Source: Bacteroidia bacterium (GTDB lineage: Bacteria > Bacteroidota > Bacteroidia > NS11-12g > UBA955). From it: 64,000 nt of DNA. A program made the position numbers and the translations under genes. This document shows positions 47,030-57,372 of this stretch, one piece after another (the stretch's first letter is position 1; the number at the start of each line of letters is the position of its first letter). The stretch covers positions 713-64,712 of the forward strand of contig CBFHXF010000007.1 of assembly GCA_965659745.1 (NCBI GenBank), written 5' to 3'. The notes below the pieces were generated by a model that saw only the letters and a list, made by a program, of their open reading frames with translations, had not been told where the DNA came from and ran no database searches.

Positions 47030-48011
47030 AATCAATGCAGCAATCACCGCAGTAGGCGGATATGTACCTGAAACGGTGTTGAGCAATGCCGATTTAGAAA
47101 AACTTGTAGATACAAGTGATGAATGGATTCGCACGCGAACCGGTATCGAGGAAAGGCGTATTTTAAAAGAAGAAGGTAAAGCCAGTTCGGACATCGCTGT
47201 ACGTGCTATTTTGCCAATGCTTGAAAAAAAGCAAATAAATCCATTAGAAATTGACTTGATTATTTGTGCTACCATTACTGGAGATTATGTTTTTCCGGCA
47301 ACAGCCAACATAATTGCCGATAAAATCGGGGCAAAAAATGCTTGGGGATACGACGTAGCAGCGGCGTGTTCAGGTTTCCTTTACGCCCTTCAAACAGGAG
47401 CTAAATTTATAGAATCTGGTACACATAAAAAGGTGATTGTAGTAGGAGTTGATAAAATGTCGGCTATCATCGACTATACCGATCGTAATACATGTATCAT
47501 CTTTGGAGATGGTGGCGGTTGTGTTTTATTAGAACCTACTACTGAGAATGTTGGAATTATGGATGCTAAATTGCATTCTGATGGCAGCGGTAGAGAGTTT
47601 CTCGTTCAACCCGCTGGTGGTTCGTTAAATCCTCCCACTCACGAAACAATTGATGCGCGACAACATTACGTTTACCAAGAGGGTAAAACCGTTTTTAAAT
47701 TCGCGGTAACCAATATGGCCGATGTGAGTTATGATGTAATGACCCGTAACGGTCTTACATCCGATGATGTAGATTGGTTGGTTCCACACCAGGCTAATCT
47801 CAGGATAATCGATGCCACAGCCAATAGAATGGGCCTTGATTCCTCTAAGGTATTAATAAATATCCAGAAATACGGTAATACCACCGCTGGTACTTTACCA
47901 TTACTCCTTTGGGATTTTGAATCTAAATTTAAAAAAGGGGATAATCTGATCTTAAGTACTTTCGGTGGAGGATTTACTTGGGGGGCTATTTATGTGAAAT
48001 GGGCGTATTGA
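47022..48011 (+). CDS. fabH: 3-oxoacyl-[ACP] synthase III
   Basis: Active-site region AAACSGFLYAL (Cys), HQANLRII (His), GNTTAGTLP (Asn). The ATG at 47022 (MDKINAAITAVGGYVPE) is preferred and overlaps the plsX end by 8 nt. Confidence 0.9.
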   Translation: MDKINAAITAVGGYVPETVLSNADLEKLVDTSDEWIRTRTGIEERRILKEEGKASSDIAVRAILPMLEKKQINPLEIDLIICATITGDYVFPATANIIADKIGAKNAWGYDVAAACSGFLYALQTGAKFIESGTHKKVIVVGVDKMSAIIDYTDRNTCIIFGDGGGCVLLEPTTENVGIMDAKLHSDGSGREFLVQPAGGSLNPPTHETIDARQHYVYQEGKTVFKFAVTNMADVSYDVMTRNGLTSDDVDWLVPHQANLRIIDATANRMGLDSSKVLINIQKYGNTTAGTLPLLLWDFESKFKKGDNLILSTFGGGFTWGAIYVKWAY

Positions 48012-48013
48012 TA

Positions 48014-49081
48014 TCAATTGCGTTTTAATAACGCACTAAAAAGATAGTCGCCTCTATATTCACATTCTTGTATTTCTCCATGATACTGACTTTCTAAACA
48101 TTTGAAATCACTATTTTTTAGTAGGAAATCCTCGATAACTGCTTCATTTTCTGCTGAAAACAAGGAACACGTACAATAAATAATATATTTTACTGATTCT
48201 ACCTTGGTTAATTCTTGAAGTATCATTCGTTGCCTTTGGCTGTATTGAAGAATTGCTTCGGGTTGAAAGTTTACAAGTGCTTCTGGGTTCCTTCGCCATG
48301 TACCACTTCCGGAGCAAGGCACATCGGCAAAAACGACATCCACTTCAACAGCTTCTTTTTGAATGAGTACTTTTGTTAAATCGATGTTTCTTAATTGGGG
48401 TACGGTTTTATTATTTGTTAAAAAGCGTGTTTTCAAATTCTCAAGTATCGAAGGCCTCACATCACTGCAAATTAGCGATTTGGGATTTGAAATATGTGAT
48501 AAAATCAACGCTTTCCCACCTGCACCCGCGCAACAATCCCATACCCGTTGATTGTTAAACAATGATTGGTACTTGTGAACGACTTGTGTGCTCGAAATAT
48601 CTTGAATAATCCCTTTTCCTTCATGTATTAGGACTTCTAAGTTAACAGCACCCTGATATATCCAAGTCTGCTCTTTAGTAAGGTAGGTGCCACCTAAGAG
48701 CTCATTTTCTTGACTTAAAGTCCAGGAAAAAAAGAAAACAGGTGGCTGTTTATGGTACCAATCTTTGATCTTGTGAACATTAATAGCAGGACTAATCAAT
48801 TCTGAAAATTCTTCATACGGAGCGGGGTCGAAATCCTTTTCTCCTGAATCAAGTTGGCGCAATGCGGCTACTAATTCGGTTTCGTTGAGCGTATTTAAAA
48901 TTCGTGCATTTTTAAAATACAAATAACACAATTCGCGATAGGAACGTCGATCTTTACTTCCCCAATTTCTATTATTCCTGAAAATTTCACTTAAATAATT
49001 AGGAAAAGGAATCGTACCGTTATAATTCTTTACAATCTCAACGGCTCTTTCATAATGTCGGGGATGCCTCGATATTGTCAT
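48014..49081 (-). CDS. RsmB/RsmF (NOL1/NOP2/Sun) family rRNA cytosine-C5 methyltransferase
   Basis: 355 aa. SAM motif DCCAGAGGKA and catalytic DVPCSGSGTWRRNPE / TCS Cys motifs. Lacks the N-terminal NusB-like domain. Confidence 0.75.
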   Translation of the reverse strand: MTISRHPRHYERAVEIVKNYNGTIPFPNYLSEIFRNNRNWGSKDRRSYRELCYLYFKNARILNTLNETELVAALRQLDSGEKDFDPAPYEEFSELISPAINVHKIKDWYHKQPPVFFFSWTLSQENELLGGTYLTKEQTWIYQGAVNLEVLIHEGKGIIQDISSTQVVHKYQSLFNNQRVWDCCAGAGGKALILSHISNPKSLICSDVRPSILENLKTRFLTNNKTVPQLRNIDLTKVLIQKEAVEVDVVFADVPCSGSGTWRRNPEALVNFQPEAILQYSQRQRMILQELTKVESVKYIIYCTCSLFSAENEAVIEDFLLKNSDFKCLESQYHGEIQECEYRGDYLFSALLKRN

Positions 49082-50190
49082 TTAGAATCGTCATTATTCT
49101 CAAGTGGGGCCAATTCTATTTTTTCACTTTTAATGATGCGAATTCCTTGGTTGGCAAATGTATTTGATGTGGTTTTCTTAAACAAATAGGTATTGATCAA
49201 GCCTGTATATGCTGCTTTTGGTAAATTTTCAATAGTTATGTGGCCTGTACTCGCAAAATGGGCTCCAAGAAAAAATAGTTGATCATATGCTTGAAAGGCA
49301 AATTTACTGGGTTCTGCACGTTCTACTTGAATGAATTTATGTGTAAATTCTAAAGCAGCACTATCTTGACCGTCAATATGATTCATACTGGGGTAGATAA
49401 TTTTAGTTTCGTCAATTTCTTCTGCAGGAACTAAATCATCGTACCAATCCATATCGCCCACGATATAAGAGTCTGCTTTCCTTGATACGGTAGAAAATTG
49501 GGCCAATCTACTGAAGGAGGAAGTGCCCACGTTCAATAATATGATGGATTCGTTTTTTGTTGTGATTTTGGGACTAATTCTACTTCCCGTTATTTGATGT
49601 TCTGTGAATCCAATTTTAGCGTTTTTTAACTCCTTTTTATAATACTTAAGAATATTAGATTTCTTATTGTCTGATATCAAATAGAACGTGTGATTAGGAA
49701 AGTCTAATTTTAATTGATGAATCAAGCCTTTTATCCGAATGGAATCATGGCCGAAGAAATTGACATTTTGAACTGTCTTTGGCAACCTTAGATTGGTTAA
49801 GGGAGAAACCCATAAAAAGCGTGTGTGTTGTAAATTCGTAGAAATAAGATCAACTGGTTTTTGAGCAATAGGACCAATAAAAATGTCCAATGATTGAAAT
49901 TCATCACTTTTAGGTAACTTAATTAAGTCTGAATCTTCCATCATTTGTAGATCCCAAACACGGAAATTTACAGAAATATTCCATTTATTTAAATCTGCTG
50001 CCGCCAATCGCAATCCTGAATAATAATCTAAAGCGGCTTGTGATACTTGTTTTTGAGCAATGGTAGAAGACGTGTCGCTATAAAAAGGTAGAAGCACGCC
50101 TACATTCAATGTTAGAGGCGATTGCGCATGTATATCCAATCTGGAAATAGAGAGGCAAACAAGTAGAATTATACGGCCGTAGATTTTCAT
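49078..50190 (-). CDS. Hypothetical secreted protein (periplasmic-binding-protein-like fold suspected)
   Basis: 370 aa, signal peptide MKIYGRIILLVCLSISRLDIHAQ. Its stop overlaps the methyltransferase start by 4 nt. Confidence 0.45.
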   Translation of the reverse strand: MKIYGRIILLVCLSISRLDIHAQSPLTLNVGVLLPFYSDTSSTIAQKQVSQAALDYYSGLRLAAADLNKWNISVNFRVWDLQMMEDSDLIKLPKSDEFQSLDIFIGPIAQKPVDLISTNLQHTRFLWVSPLTNLRLPKTVQNVNFFGHDSIRIKGLIHQLKLDFPNHTFYLISDNKKSNILKYYKKELKNAKIGFTEHQITGSRISPKITTKNESIILLNVGTSSFSRLAQFSTVSRKADSYIVGDMDWYDDLVPAEEIDETKIIYPSMNHIDGQDSAALEFTHKFIQVERAEPSKFAFQAYDQLFFLGAHFASTGHITIENLPKAAYTGLINTYLFKKTTSNTFANQGIRIIKSEKIELAPLENNDDSK

Positions 50191-50199
50191 ATATTTAGT

Positions 50200-51735
50200 T
50201 TATTCCCATTCGATAGTCGCAGGAGGTTTGGAACTGATATCGTAAACCACCCTGTTTATACCTCTAACTTGGTTGATAATTGCATTGGAGATTTCAGCAA
50301 GAATATCGTAAGGTATGTGAACCCAATCCGCAGTCATACCATCAGTACTGCTAACTGCTCGTAATGCTACAACCTGTTCATAGGTGCGTTCATCGCCCAT
50401 AACTCCAACACTATGCACTGGCAAAAGAATCGCCCCTGCTTGCCAGATTTTTTCATACCAACCTGTTTTTCTCAAAATTTGAGTATAAATATAATCTGCT
50501 TCTTGCAATAATGCTACTTTTTGAGGGGTAATATCGCCCAATATGCGTATAGCTAAGCCAGGACCTGGAAATGGATGTCTTCCTAATAAAATATCACTTA
50601 GGTTCATAGCTTTTCCAACACGCCGTACTTCGTCTTTGAATAAAGCCCGCAAGGGTTCAATCACTTTGAGATTCATTTTTTCAGGCAAACCACCTACGTT
50701 GTGGTGAGATTTAATCGTAACAGACGGACCATTAACACTCACACTTTCGATTACATCGGGATAAATCGTTCCTTGTGCTAACCATGAGGCGCCTTGGATT
50801 TTAGCTGCCTCTCTTTGGAAAACTTCGATAAACACGCGACCAATTGTTTTTCTTTTCTCCTCAGGATCGCTTTTACCTGCTAATTCTCTATAAAACTCTT
50901 GAGAAGCATCAATGGCGAGCAGATTTAAATTCATGCTCTTATAGTTCTCTTGTACCTCTTCAAATTCATTCTTACGAAGCAACCCATTATCGATAAAAAT
51001 ACAGGTCAAATTTTCTCCAATAGCTTGATTCAATAAAGCAGCGGCAACCGAACTATCTACACCACCTGAAAGCCCTAAAATAACTTTGTCATCTCCTAAA
51101 GTATCTCTTAATGAGGCTACTGTATCGTTAATGAAATGCCCGGGAGTCCAATCGCCTGTGCAACCACAAATATCGAAAGCGAAATTTTTCAGTAATTCCA
51201 ATCCCTCTGTACTGTGATATACCTCTGGGTGAAATTGAATTCCGTAAACGGGATTCGCATGTCCTTTCCATTGAAATCCAGCCACCGGAATAGATTCGGT
51301 TTTAGCAATAATTTCAAAAGTATCGGGTAATGTGCCAATGGTATCGCCATGACTCATCCAAACTTGACTTTCATAGCTAAGTCCGTCTAAAAGAGTATTA
51401 CTAACACCGGTTTGTTGCATCTTAGCTCGGCCGTATTCGCGGTGATTGCTTTTATCAACCTGACCACCGGCCATTTTTGCCATATATTGAGCACCGTAGC
51501 AAACTCCCAAAACAGGGGCCAATTTAAAGAGTTCATCCAAATTTATTTGTGGGGGATTTTCGTCGTTAACGGAACACGGGCTTCCAGATAAAATCACACC
51601 TTTTGTTATAGAATCGGGCTTTACCTCACTATTGTAGGGATGAATTTCACAATAAACATTGATTTCACGTAATCTTCGGGCAATCAATTGCGTATATTGA
51701 GATCCAAAGTCATAAATTAGGATTTTTTCAGTCAT
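50200..51735 (-). CDS. guaA: GMP synthase (glutamine-hydrolysing)
   Basis: 511 aa. GATase1 (CYGAQ Cys, H...E), PP-loop SGGVDSSV, and a C-terminal dimerisation domain ending PPATIEWE. Confidence 0.9.
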   Translation of the reverse strand: MTEKILIYDFGSQYTQLIARRLREINVYCEIHPYNSEVKPDSITKGVILSGSPCSVNDENPPQINLDELFKLAPVLGVCYGAQYMAKMAGGQVDKSNHREYGRAKMQQTGVSNTLLDGLSYESQVWMSHGDTIGTLPDTFEIIAKTESIPVAGFQWKGHANPVYGIQFHPEVYHSTEGLELLKNFAFDICGCTGDWTPGHFINDTVASLRDTLGDDKVILGLSGGVDSSVAAALLNQAIGENLTCIFIDNGLLRKNEFEEVQENYKSMNLNLLAIDASQEFYRELAGKSDPEEKRKTIGRVFIEVFQREAAKIQGASWLAQGTIYPDVIESVSVNGPSVTIKSHHNVGGLPEKMNLKVIEPLRALFKDEVRRVGKAMNLSDILLGRHPFPGPGLAIRILGDITPQKVALLQEADYIYTQILRKTGWYEKIWQAGAILLPVHSVGVMGDERTYEQVVALRAVSSTDGMTADWVHIPYDILAEISNAIINQVRGINRVVYDISSKPPATIEWE

Positions 51736-51783
51736 AAATTAAGAGACACAAAGATAACGCTAAATCCGTTTCTCTAAAGGAAA

Positions 51784-53007
51784 TCAGATCATTTCTTTTA
51801 GCTGTTTCATGGCGGTATTCATGGCGCGAATCATGAAATCAAGTCGTCCTCCCCGGAGAACGTAATGTTTAACTGTGATTTTTTCTAAGTATTTCACAGC
51901 AATATAAATGGTCCCTACAGGTTTATCGGTGGTTCCACCCGAAGGACCTGCAATGCCCGTAGTAGCGATGCCGATATCGGCCTTGAATTTTTCGCAAACG
52001 CCTTTTACCATTTGCTCTGCGGTTTCAGCGCTTACAGCGCCATTCGTGTCTATAACTTCGGTTTGAACCCCTAATAATTGACTTTTGATTTGATTATGAT
52101 ATGCCACTACAGTGCCTAAATACACATCCGAAGCTCCTGAAATTTGAACCAGTTGATTTCCAATATAGCCCCCTGTACAACTTTCAGCCGTAGTTATGCT
52201 AAGTCCTTTCTCGCGAGCCATGTGAATCAACCATTCTGCCATGCTCAAATCTTGTTCGCAGAATACCCAATCGCCTAATTCCTCAATTAAATAGTTCCAA
52301 TAGCGCTCAAAAACTTCCAATGAGAGCGTGGGGTCTTTTCGTGTTAAACGCAATTTTACCACATTATGGGTGGGTAGATAAGCCAAGCCGCAACCCTTGA
52401 TATTGGCTTCGAATTTTTGAAGTTTTTGGGCAATTAAACTTTCGGGGATAAGGGCTGTTGTGAGGGTTCTGTGTAATGCCGGGGGAAGTTTAAATAAAGG
52501 CGCTAACATCGGTATAAGCGATTCTTCAGTTATAGCGCGAACTTCACCCGGCACCCCTGGCATTGCGGCTAAATAGCGACCCTCTTTTTCGAACCACATT
52601 CCTGGCGCCGTGCCTTGTGAATTAAATAGTGTTTTAGAACAATCGGGTAAATTGGCTTGCATTTTATTAATAGCGAGTAACTCGGGACTTCTATTGGCAA
52701 AAATGCGCTCTAAATGTTGCAATACTGATTCATCTATGCGCGTATCGCAACCATAATATTCTTGCAATACAGATTTGGTGATATCGTCGTTGGTAGGACC
52801 TAATCCTCCAGTTATAATGACCAAATTTACGCGACTAAAGGATTCGTTTAAAGAAGTGACGATAGATTTTTTATCATCTCTAATGGCTGTTTTTCTTGAA
52901 ATATTCAAGCCTAAAGGGGCTAAAACTTGAGCCAAATATACGCTGTTGGTATCAACGGTTTGACCAATTAAAAGTTCGTCTCCAATAGTGATTATCTCAA
53001 TATCCAT
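51784..53007 (-). CDS. cinA: CinA family protein (MoCF-binding domain plus nicotinamide-nucleotide amidohydrolase PncC domain)
   Basis: MDIEIITIGDELLIGQTVDTNS N-terminus, a C-terminal CinA domain with TAESCTGG. The ATG at 53007 is preferred over the upstream 53103. Confidence 0.8.
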   Translation of the reverse strand: MDIEIITIGDELLIGQTVDTNSVYLAQVLAPLGLNISRKTAIRDDKKSIVTSLNESFSRVNLVIITGGLGPTNDDITKSVLQEYYGCDTRIDESVLQHLERIFANRSPELLAINKMQANLPDCSKTLFNSQGTAPGMWFEKEGRYLAAMPGVPGEVRAITEESLIPMLAPLFKLPPALHRTLTTALIPESLIAQKLQKFEANIKGCGLAYLPTHNVVKLRLTRKDPTLSLEVFERYWNYLIEELGDWVFCEQDLSMAEWLIHMAREKGLSITTAESCTGGYIGNQLVQISGASDVYLGTVVAYHNQIKSQLLGVQTEVIDTNGAVSAETAEQMVKGVCEKFKADIGIATTGIAGPSGGTTDKPVGTIYIAVKYLEKITVKHYVLRGGRLDFMIRAMNTAMKQLKEMI

Positions 53008-53086
53008 GATGCAAATGTATCGAAATCCACATGGCGTTAATCCTTTTTTTACGCACACCCAAATAAAGAACATAAGTTTGCCGCAA

Positions 53087-53548
53087 ATGGCAGATATAAT
53101 CATTTACACAGACGGTGCAGCATTGGGGAATCCGGGTCCGGGAGGTTACGGCGCCGTTATGATTTATGGTCAACACCGTAAAGAATTATCAGATGGATTT
53201 GTGTTAACCACCAATAATCGAATGGAATTATTAGCCGTAATTGTAGCTTTAAAACATATTAATAATCCGCAAATTCCTATTTCAATTTACACCGATTCCA
53301 AATATGTGTGCGATGCCATTTCCAAAAATTGGTTGGGAAATTGGGTTAAAAAAGGATTTAAAGATGTGAAGAACGTTGATTTATGGTTGGAATATCTAAA
53401 AGTATCCAAACCGTTTCAAATTAAATTCAATTGGGTAAAAGGCCATGCCGGTGTTCCCGAAAATGAAAGATGTGATTTTTTAGCCACTCAAGCGGCAAAA
53501 AACAACGCCGTAAACAGAGATCTCGAGTACGAGAAAATTGCTAAATAA
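53087..53548 (+). CDS. rnhA: Ribonuclease HI
   Basis: MADIIIYTDGAALGNPGPGGYG (DEDD D1), TNNRMEL (E), YTDSKY (D), and WVKGHAGVPENERCDFLA (H, D). The ATG at 53087 is preferred. Confidence 0.85.
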   Translation: MADIIIYTDGAALGNPGPGGYGAVMIYGQHRKELSDGFVLTTNNRMELLAVIVALKHINNPQIPISIYTDSKYVCDAISKNWLGNWVKKGFKDVKNVDLWLEYLKVSKPFQIKFNWVKGHAGVPENERCDFLATQAAKNNAVNRDLEYEKIAK

Positions 53549-55210
53549 TTAATTCCCCGCCAATAAATGGGCCGCGTGGTTGAGTGCCGCATCCGTCATT
53601 TCAGAACCCGATAGCATTTTAGCGATACTCAATTGTCGCTCGGAATCATTCAAATATCGGACTTCACTGTGCGTACTTTGAGCATCTTGTACTTTTACTA
53701 CTTCCCATTGGTGATTTCCAGCTGCCGCTACTTGTGGTAAATGGCTAATACATAAAATTTGATGTCTTTTGCCTAATTCTCTAAATAATTGTCCCATTTT
53801 CGCCGCCACTTCACCGCTTACTCCTGTGTCGGCTTCATCGTATATCAAAGTGGGCAGTAATTTTTTCTCGGAAATTATACTTCTAAATGCAAAATTCAAA
53901 CGCGATAATTCACCTCCCGAAGCAATTTCACTCACCGCTTGAGGTTGCGTTCCTGGATTGGCGGTAAATAATAACTTAATTTGATCGCCCCCAAATGCGC
54001 CCAATTGCAGTAAATCAAGATCAATTTCAAATGCCACTTGCGTATAGGGCATGTTCAATTTCTTAAGGATTTCTATGGATTTTTGGGCAAGTACCTTACC
54101 AGATTGAGTTCGTTCGTTGTGAAGATGTTTTGCTAAAGTCTCCAATTGGATCTTTAAAGACTTTAGTTTTTCCGTTAAATCTGCAATTGATTTTTCTAAT
54201 GCTTCCGTTGAGGAAATTTGACTTTTTAAATTCGATTCAATATCCAACAAATCCTCACAGGTGTTCACTCCGTGTTTGCGCAATAATTGTTGAATTTTAT
54301 CGAAACGTTCGTTCAAATTGAATAACCGCTGCGGATTTTGTTCTGTTTTTTCAGCTATTTGTGAAGCTTCATTGGCTAAATCATCTACTTCTATGGATAT
54401 GGATTTAAGCCTCTGTTTGAAATCTGCAAATTCTGGACTTAATGTTTCGAAACCTTTAACAGCATTATATAATTGTAAAATTAACCCACGAACATTAATG
54501 TCACCCTCTGTTAATCCTATCGAAACTTGACTGAAATTATCTTTGATTTGTTCGGCTTGCGAAAGGGTATTTATCTCGTTTTCAATTTCAATTTCTTCGT
54601 TGGCTTGCAATTTGAGAACTTCGATTTCCTGTAGTTGAAAACGATTGTAATCACGCTCTTTTAGAATTTGTTTCAGTTGTAATTCGGCATCATTCAAAGA
54701 TTTTGAAACCTGAATATATTCACTATAAATTGAGCGGTAATCGTTCAGGATTTTCGGATTCTCAATTATGGAGTCCAATAGTTCACGTTGCACATCGGCT
54801 TGCGCCATCATCAAATTGGTATGTTGCGTTTGTATTTCTACCAAATTACTACCCAATTCTTTTAGGATGGGCAATGTTACAGGGGTATCGTTAATAAACG
54901 CTCGGGATTTGCCAGTTTTCGAGATTTCTCTTCGGAAAATACATACATCGGTATAATCCAAATCATTTGCTTCAAAATAGGGTTGAAGGGATAGTTTTCG
55001 AACATCAAAATGGCCCTCAATAATACATTTTTCATGACCTGCCGAAACCACACTTGTATCCGCTCGTTGCCCTAGGATAAGTCCAATTGCGCCTAATAAA
55101 ATTGACTTTCCCGCTCCGGTTTCACCCGTAATAGTTGTCATACCTTCATTCAACTCCATTTCTAAGTGGTCGAGTAAGGCATAATGGGAAATTAATAAAC
55201 GCTGTAACAT
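53549..55210 (-). CDS. recN: DNA repair protein RecN
   Basis: 553 aa. N-terminal Walker A GETGAGKS, long coiled coil, C-terminal signature/Walker B (SGGELSRL, LIYDEADTGVSG). Confidence 0.85.
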   Translation of the reverse strand: MLQRLLISHYALLDHLEMELNEGMTTITGETGAGKSILLGAIGLILGQRADTSVVSAGHEKCIIEGHFDVRKLSLQPYFEANDLDYTDVCIFRREISKTGKSRAFINDTPVTLPILKELGSNLVEIQTQHTNLMMAQADVQRELLDSIIENPKILNDYRSIYSEYIQVSKSLNDAELQLKQILKERDYNRFQLQEIEVLKLQANEEIEIENEINTLSQAEQIKDNFSQVSIGLTEGDINVRGLILQLYNAVKGFETLSPEFADFKQRLKSISIEVDDLANEASQIAEKTEQNPQRLFNLNERFDKIQQLLRKHGVNTCEDLLDIESNLKSQISSTEALEKSIADLTEKLKSLKIQLETLAKHLHNERTQSGKVLAQKSIEILKKLNMPYTQVAFEIDLDLLQLGAFGGDQIKLLFTANPGTQPQAVSEIASGGELSRLNFAFRSIISEKKLLPTLIYDEADTGVSGEVAAKMGQLFRELGKRHQILCISHLPQVAAAGNHQWEVVKVQDAQSTHSEVRYLNDSERQLSIAKMLSGSEMTDAALNHAAHLLAGN

Positions 55211-55225
55211 AATAGGATAGGGGAC

Positions 55226-56209
55226 TTAGGATCTGGTAAGTATACAATTCATGATCCAAAGGTTTTCGTTAATGTCCTTTTTGCCATAAATGGCATCATT
55301 GAAATTGGTGAAAACTATTTCATGGTTAATCACACCAACGGCAACGCCCTGTTTTCCTTCTAAAAGTCCTTTCACCGCATGCGCCCCCAAACGCGAAGCT
55401 AAGATACGATCATTGGCACTGGGTTTTCCCCCTCTTTGGATATGTCCTAAAACTGTTACCCGGGTATCGGCTTCTGGAAAATGTTGTTGGTACGCATTGG
55501 CCAATTCGTAGGCTCTTCCTTGTTCATCACCTTCTGCAACCACGAAAATGGAGAATTGCTTTTCTCTTCTTTTATTTTTGTGGAAATTAATCAAATCTTC
55601 AAATTCGTTTTCCTTTTCTGGAATGAAAACGCCCTCAGCACCTCCTGCCAATGCCGCATTCAAAGCAATATGTCCGGAGTGACGTCCCATAACTTCCACA
55701 AAAAATACCCGGTTATGGGCATCTGCTGTATCGCGAATCTTATCTATCGCATCTACAGCGGTATTGGTAGCCGTGTCAAATCCTATGGTATAATCAGTGC
55801 CCGCCAAATCGTTATCAATGGTACCCGGACATCCAATTACCGGAATTCCGTATTCCTCTGAGAACTTCAAGGCGCCTGTGTAAGTTCCGTCACCACCAAT
55901 AGCTACCAATGCGTCTATTCCATGTGATTTTAGATTTTCATAGGCCTGCTTGCGACCTTCGGGTGTGCGAAATTCTTTAGAACGAGCCGATTTTAAAATT
56001 GTTCCGCCGTATTGTATGATATTTCCTACGCTAGAGGCCGACATAGGAGCAATTTTATTGTTTATCATTCCATCATACCCACCTGTGATGCCATAGACAT
56101 CTATGCCAAAATATATACAGGTTCTAACGGTAGCGCGCACACATGCATTCATTCCAGGGGCATCGCCACCAGAGGTAAATACAGCAATCTTTTTAATATT
56201 TGAGTCCAC
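55226..56209 (-). CDS. pfkA: ATP-dependent 6-phosphofructokinase
   Basis: 327 aa. KKIAVFTSGGDAPGMNACVRA, GGDGTY and GTIDNDL motifs. Confidence 0.9.
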   Translation of the reverse strand: MDSNIKKIAVFTSGGDAPGMNACVRATVRTCIYFGIDVYGITGGYDGMINNKIAPMSASSVGNIIQYGGTILKSARSKEFRTPEGRKQAYENLKSHGIDALVAIGGDGTYTGALKFSEEYGIPVIGCPGTIDNDLAGTDYTIGFDTATNTAVDAIDKIRDTADAHNRVFFVEVMGRHSGHIALNAALAGGAEGVFIPEKENEFEDLINFHKNKRREKQFSIFVVAEGDEQGRAYELANAYQQHFPEADTRVTVLGHIQRGGKPSANDRILASRLGAHAVKGLLEGKQGVAVGVINHEIVFTNFNDAIYGKKDINENLWIMNCILTRS

Positions 56210-56240
56210 TTTTTTTGTTGTTTGAATGAAAGTTCAAAAT

Positions 56241-56269
56241 AAACAAAAACCCCCGACATCGTCGAGGGC
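56241..56269 (-). terminator. Rho-independent terminator (minus strand) downstream of the lipoprotein gene
   Basis: Minus-strand reading GCCCTCGACgatGTCGGGGGTTTTTGTTT: 8-bp stem with one G-U pair followed by a T-run. Confidence 0.5.
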
Positions 56270-56301
56270 TTTTGCGATTATTGCGAAAAATAAATGATTT
56301 A

Positions 56302-57165
56302 TTATTTCGGATAGTTGATTCCTTTGGTACTGAACTGCACAAAATCGTTGTTGTTACCAACTGCTGGCAAATCGGTCATTTTGGTAATTTGGATAAGATA
56401 GATGTTGAAATCTACGGCTTGAGTTGACTTCGCTAAGATTACATCGCCTTCAGCAAATGTGATATCAGCGGTCATCTTATCTTTATTCGCTTTGTACAAG
56501 TTGAATAAATAGGTAGTGCTAGAAGCATTATTCCAATCATTGGTAGCTACCTTGATGAATTTGGTTCCGTTACCTGAGGTCCACTTCTTAGCCCATTGAG
56601 CTTCTGTAGCGCGGGTAGCGTCTAAAATATCTTGGTCAATAGGAGCAGAACCTTTTGGCAAAGAAAAACCGGCTACTAAGTCGTAAGCGATGTCTTGGCT
56701 TTGTGCATTGGCATTGTATACGATTTGGTTGGCACCACCGTCTAATCCATTCAACTTAGGAATAACAGATAGCGTAACGCTTTTGCTTTCGCTGCTTCCG
56801 TTTGCGTCATTAGCGGTAACGGTGTAAACCACGTCATCACCTGTAGAACCTAATGCTTTAGTTGGGAAGCTTACGTTAAACGATTTGCTGGTAACAGCCG
56901 TATCTAAAACCGTAATGGCATTACCTCCGTTTATTTTTACGGTGAATGTAACCGATTTCAAGCTTTCAGAACCTGCGCTTGCTGAGGCCGTAACCAATAT
57001 ATCAGAAGTTACTTCAACTTCGGTTCCTGTGATTTTGTCACCGGTGATAGTGAGAGTAGCGGTTGGTTTAGGCGCATCGTCATCGTCTCCTCCACAAGAG
57101 GATAAAAATGCCATCGCCGCAACGGGCAACAACATCATCCAAGAATTTAATTTCATACGTTTCAT
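56302..57165 (-). CDS. Hypothetical lipoprotein
   Basis: 287 aa. Lipobox AAMAFLSSCGGDDDD, Thr/Ser-rich Ig-like N-terminal half. No family recognised. Confidence 0.5.
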   Translation of the reverse strand: MKRMKLNSWMMLLPVAAMAFLSSCGGDDDDAPKPTATLTITGDKITGTEVEVTSDILVTASASAGSESLKSVTFTVKINGGNAITVLDTAVTSKSFNVSFPTKALGSTGDDVVYTVTANDANGSSESKSVTLSVIPKLNGLDGGANQIVYNANAQSQDIAYDLVAGFSLPKGSAPIDQDILDATRATEAQWAKKWTSGNGTKFIKVATNDWNNASSTTYLFNLYKANKDKMTADITFAEGDVILAKSTQAVDFNIYLIQITKMTDLPAVGNNNDFVQFSTKGINYPK

Positions 57166-57372
57166 TTTTGAGTTAGTTTTTATGGCTGCAAATTCCTTAA
57201 ATTATACAAGAATTGCAAACGAAAGTTTTACCACTTGCGTTATTTTCTTTGTAAGTGTCAAAATGTCGGCTTTACTGACATATTAAGGAAAATAAACGCA
57301 AGGTGCCGCCACTTTTTTTAGAATTTCACTGATATTTGCAGTTTGGCACAAGCCTTGAATAGATAGAAAAAG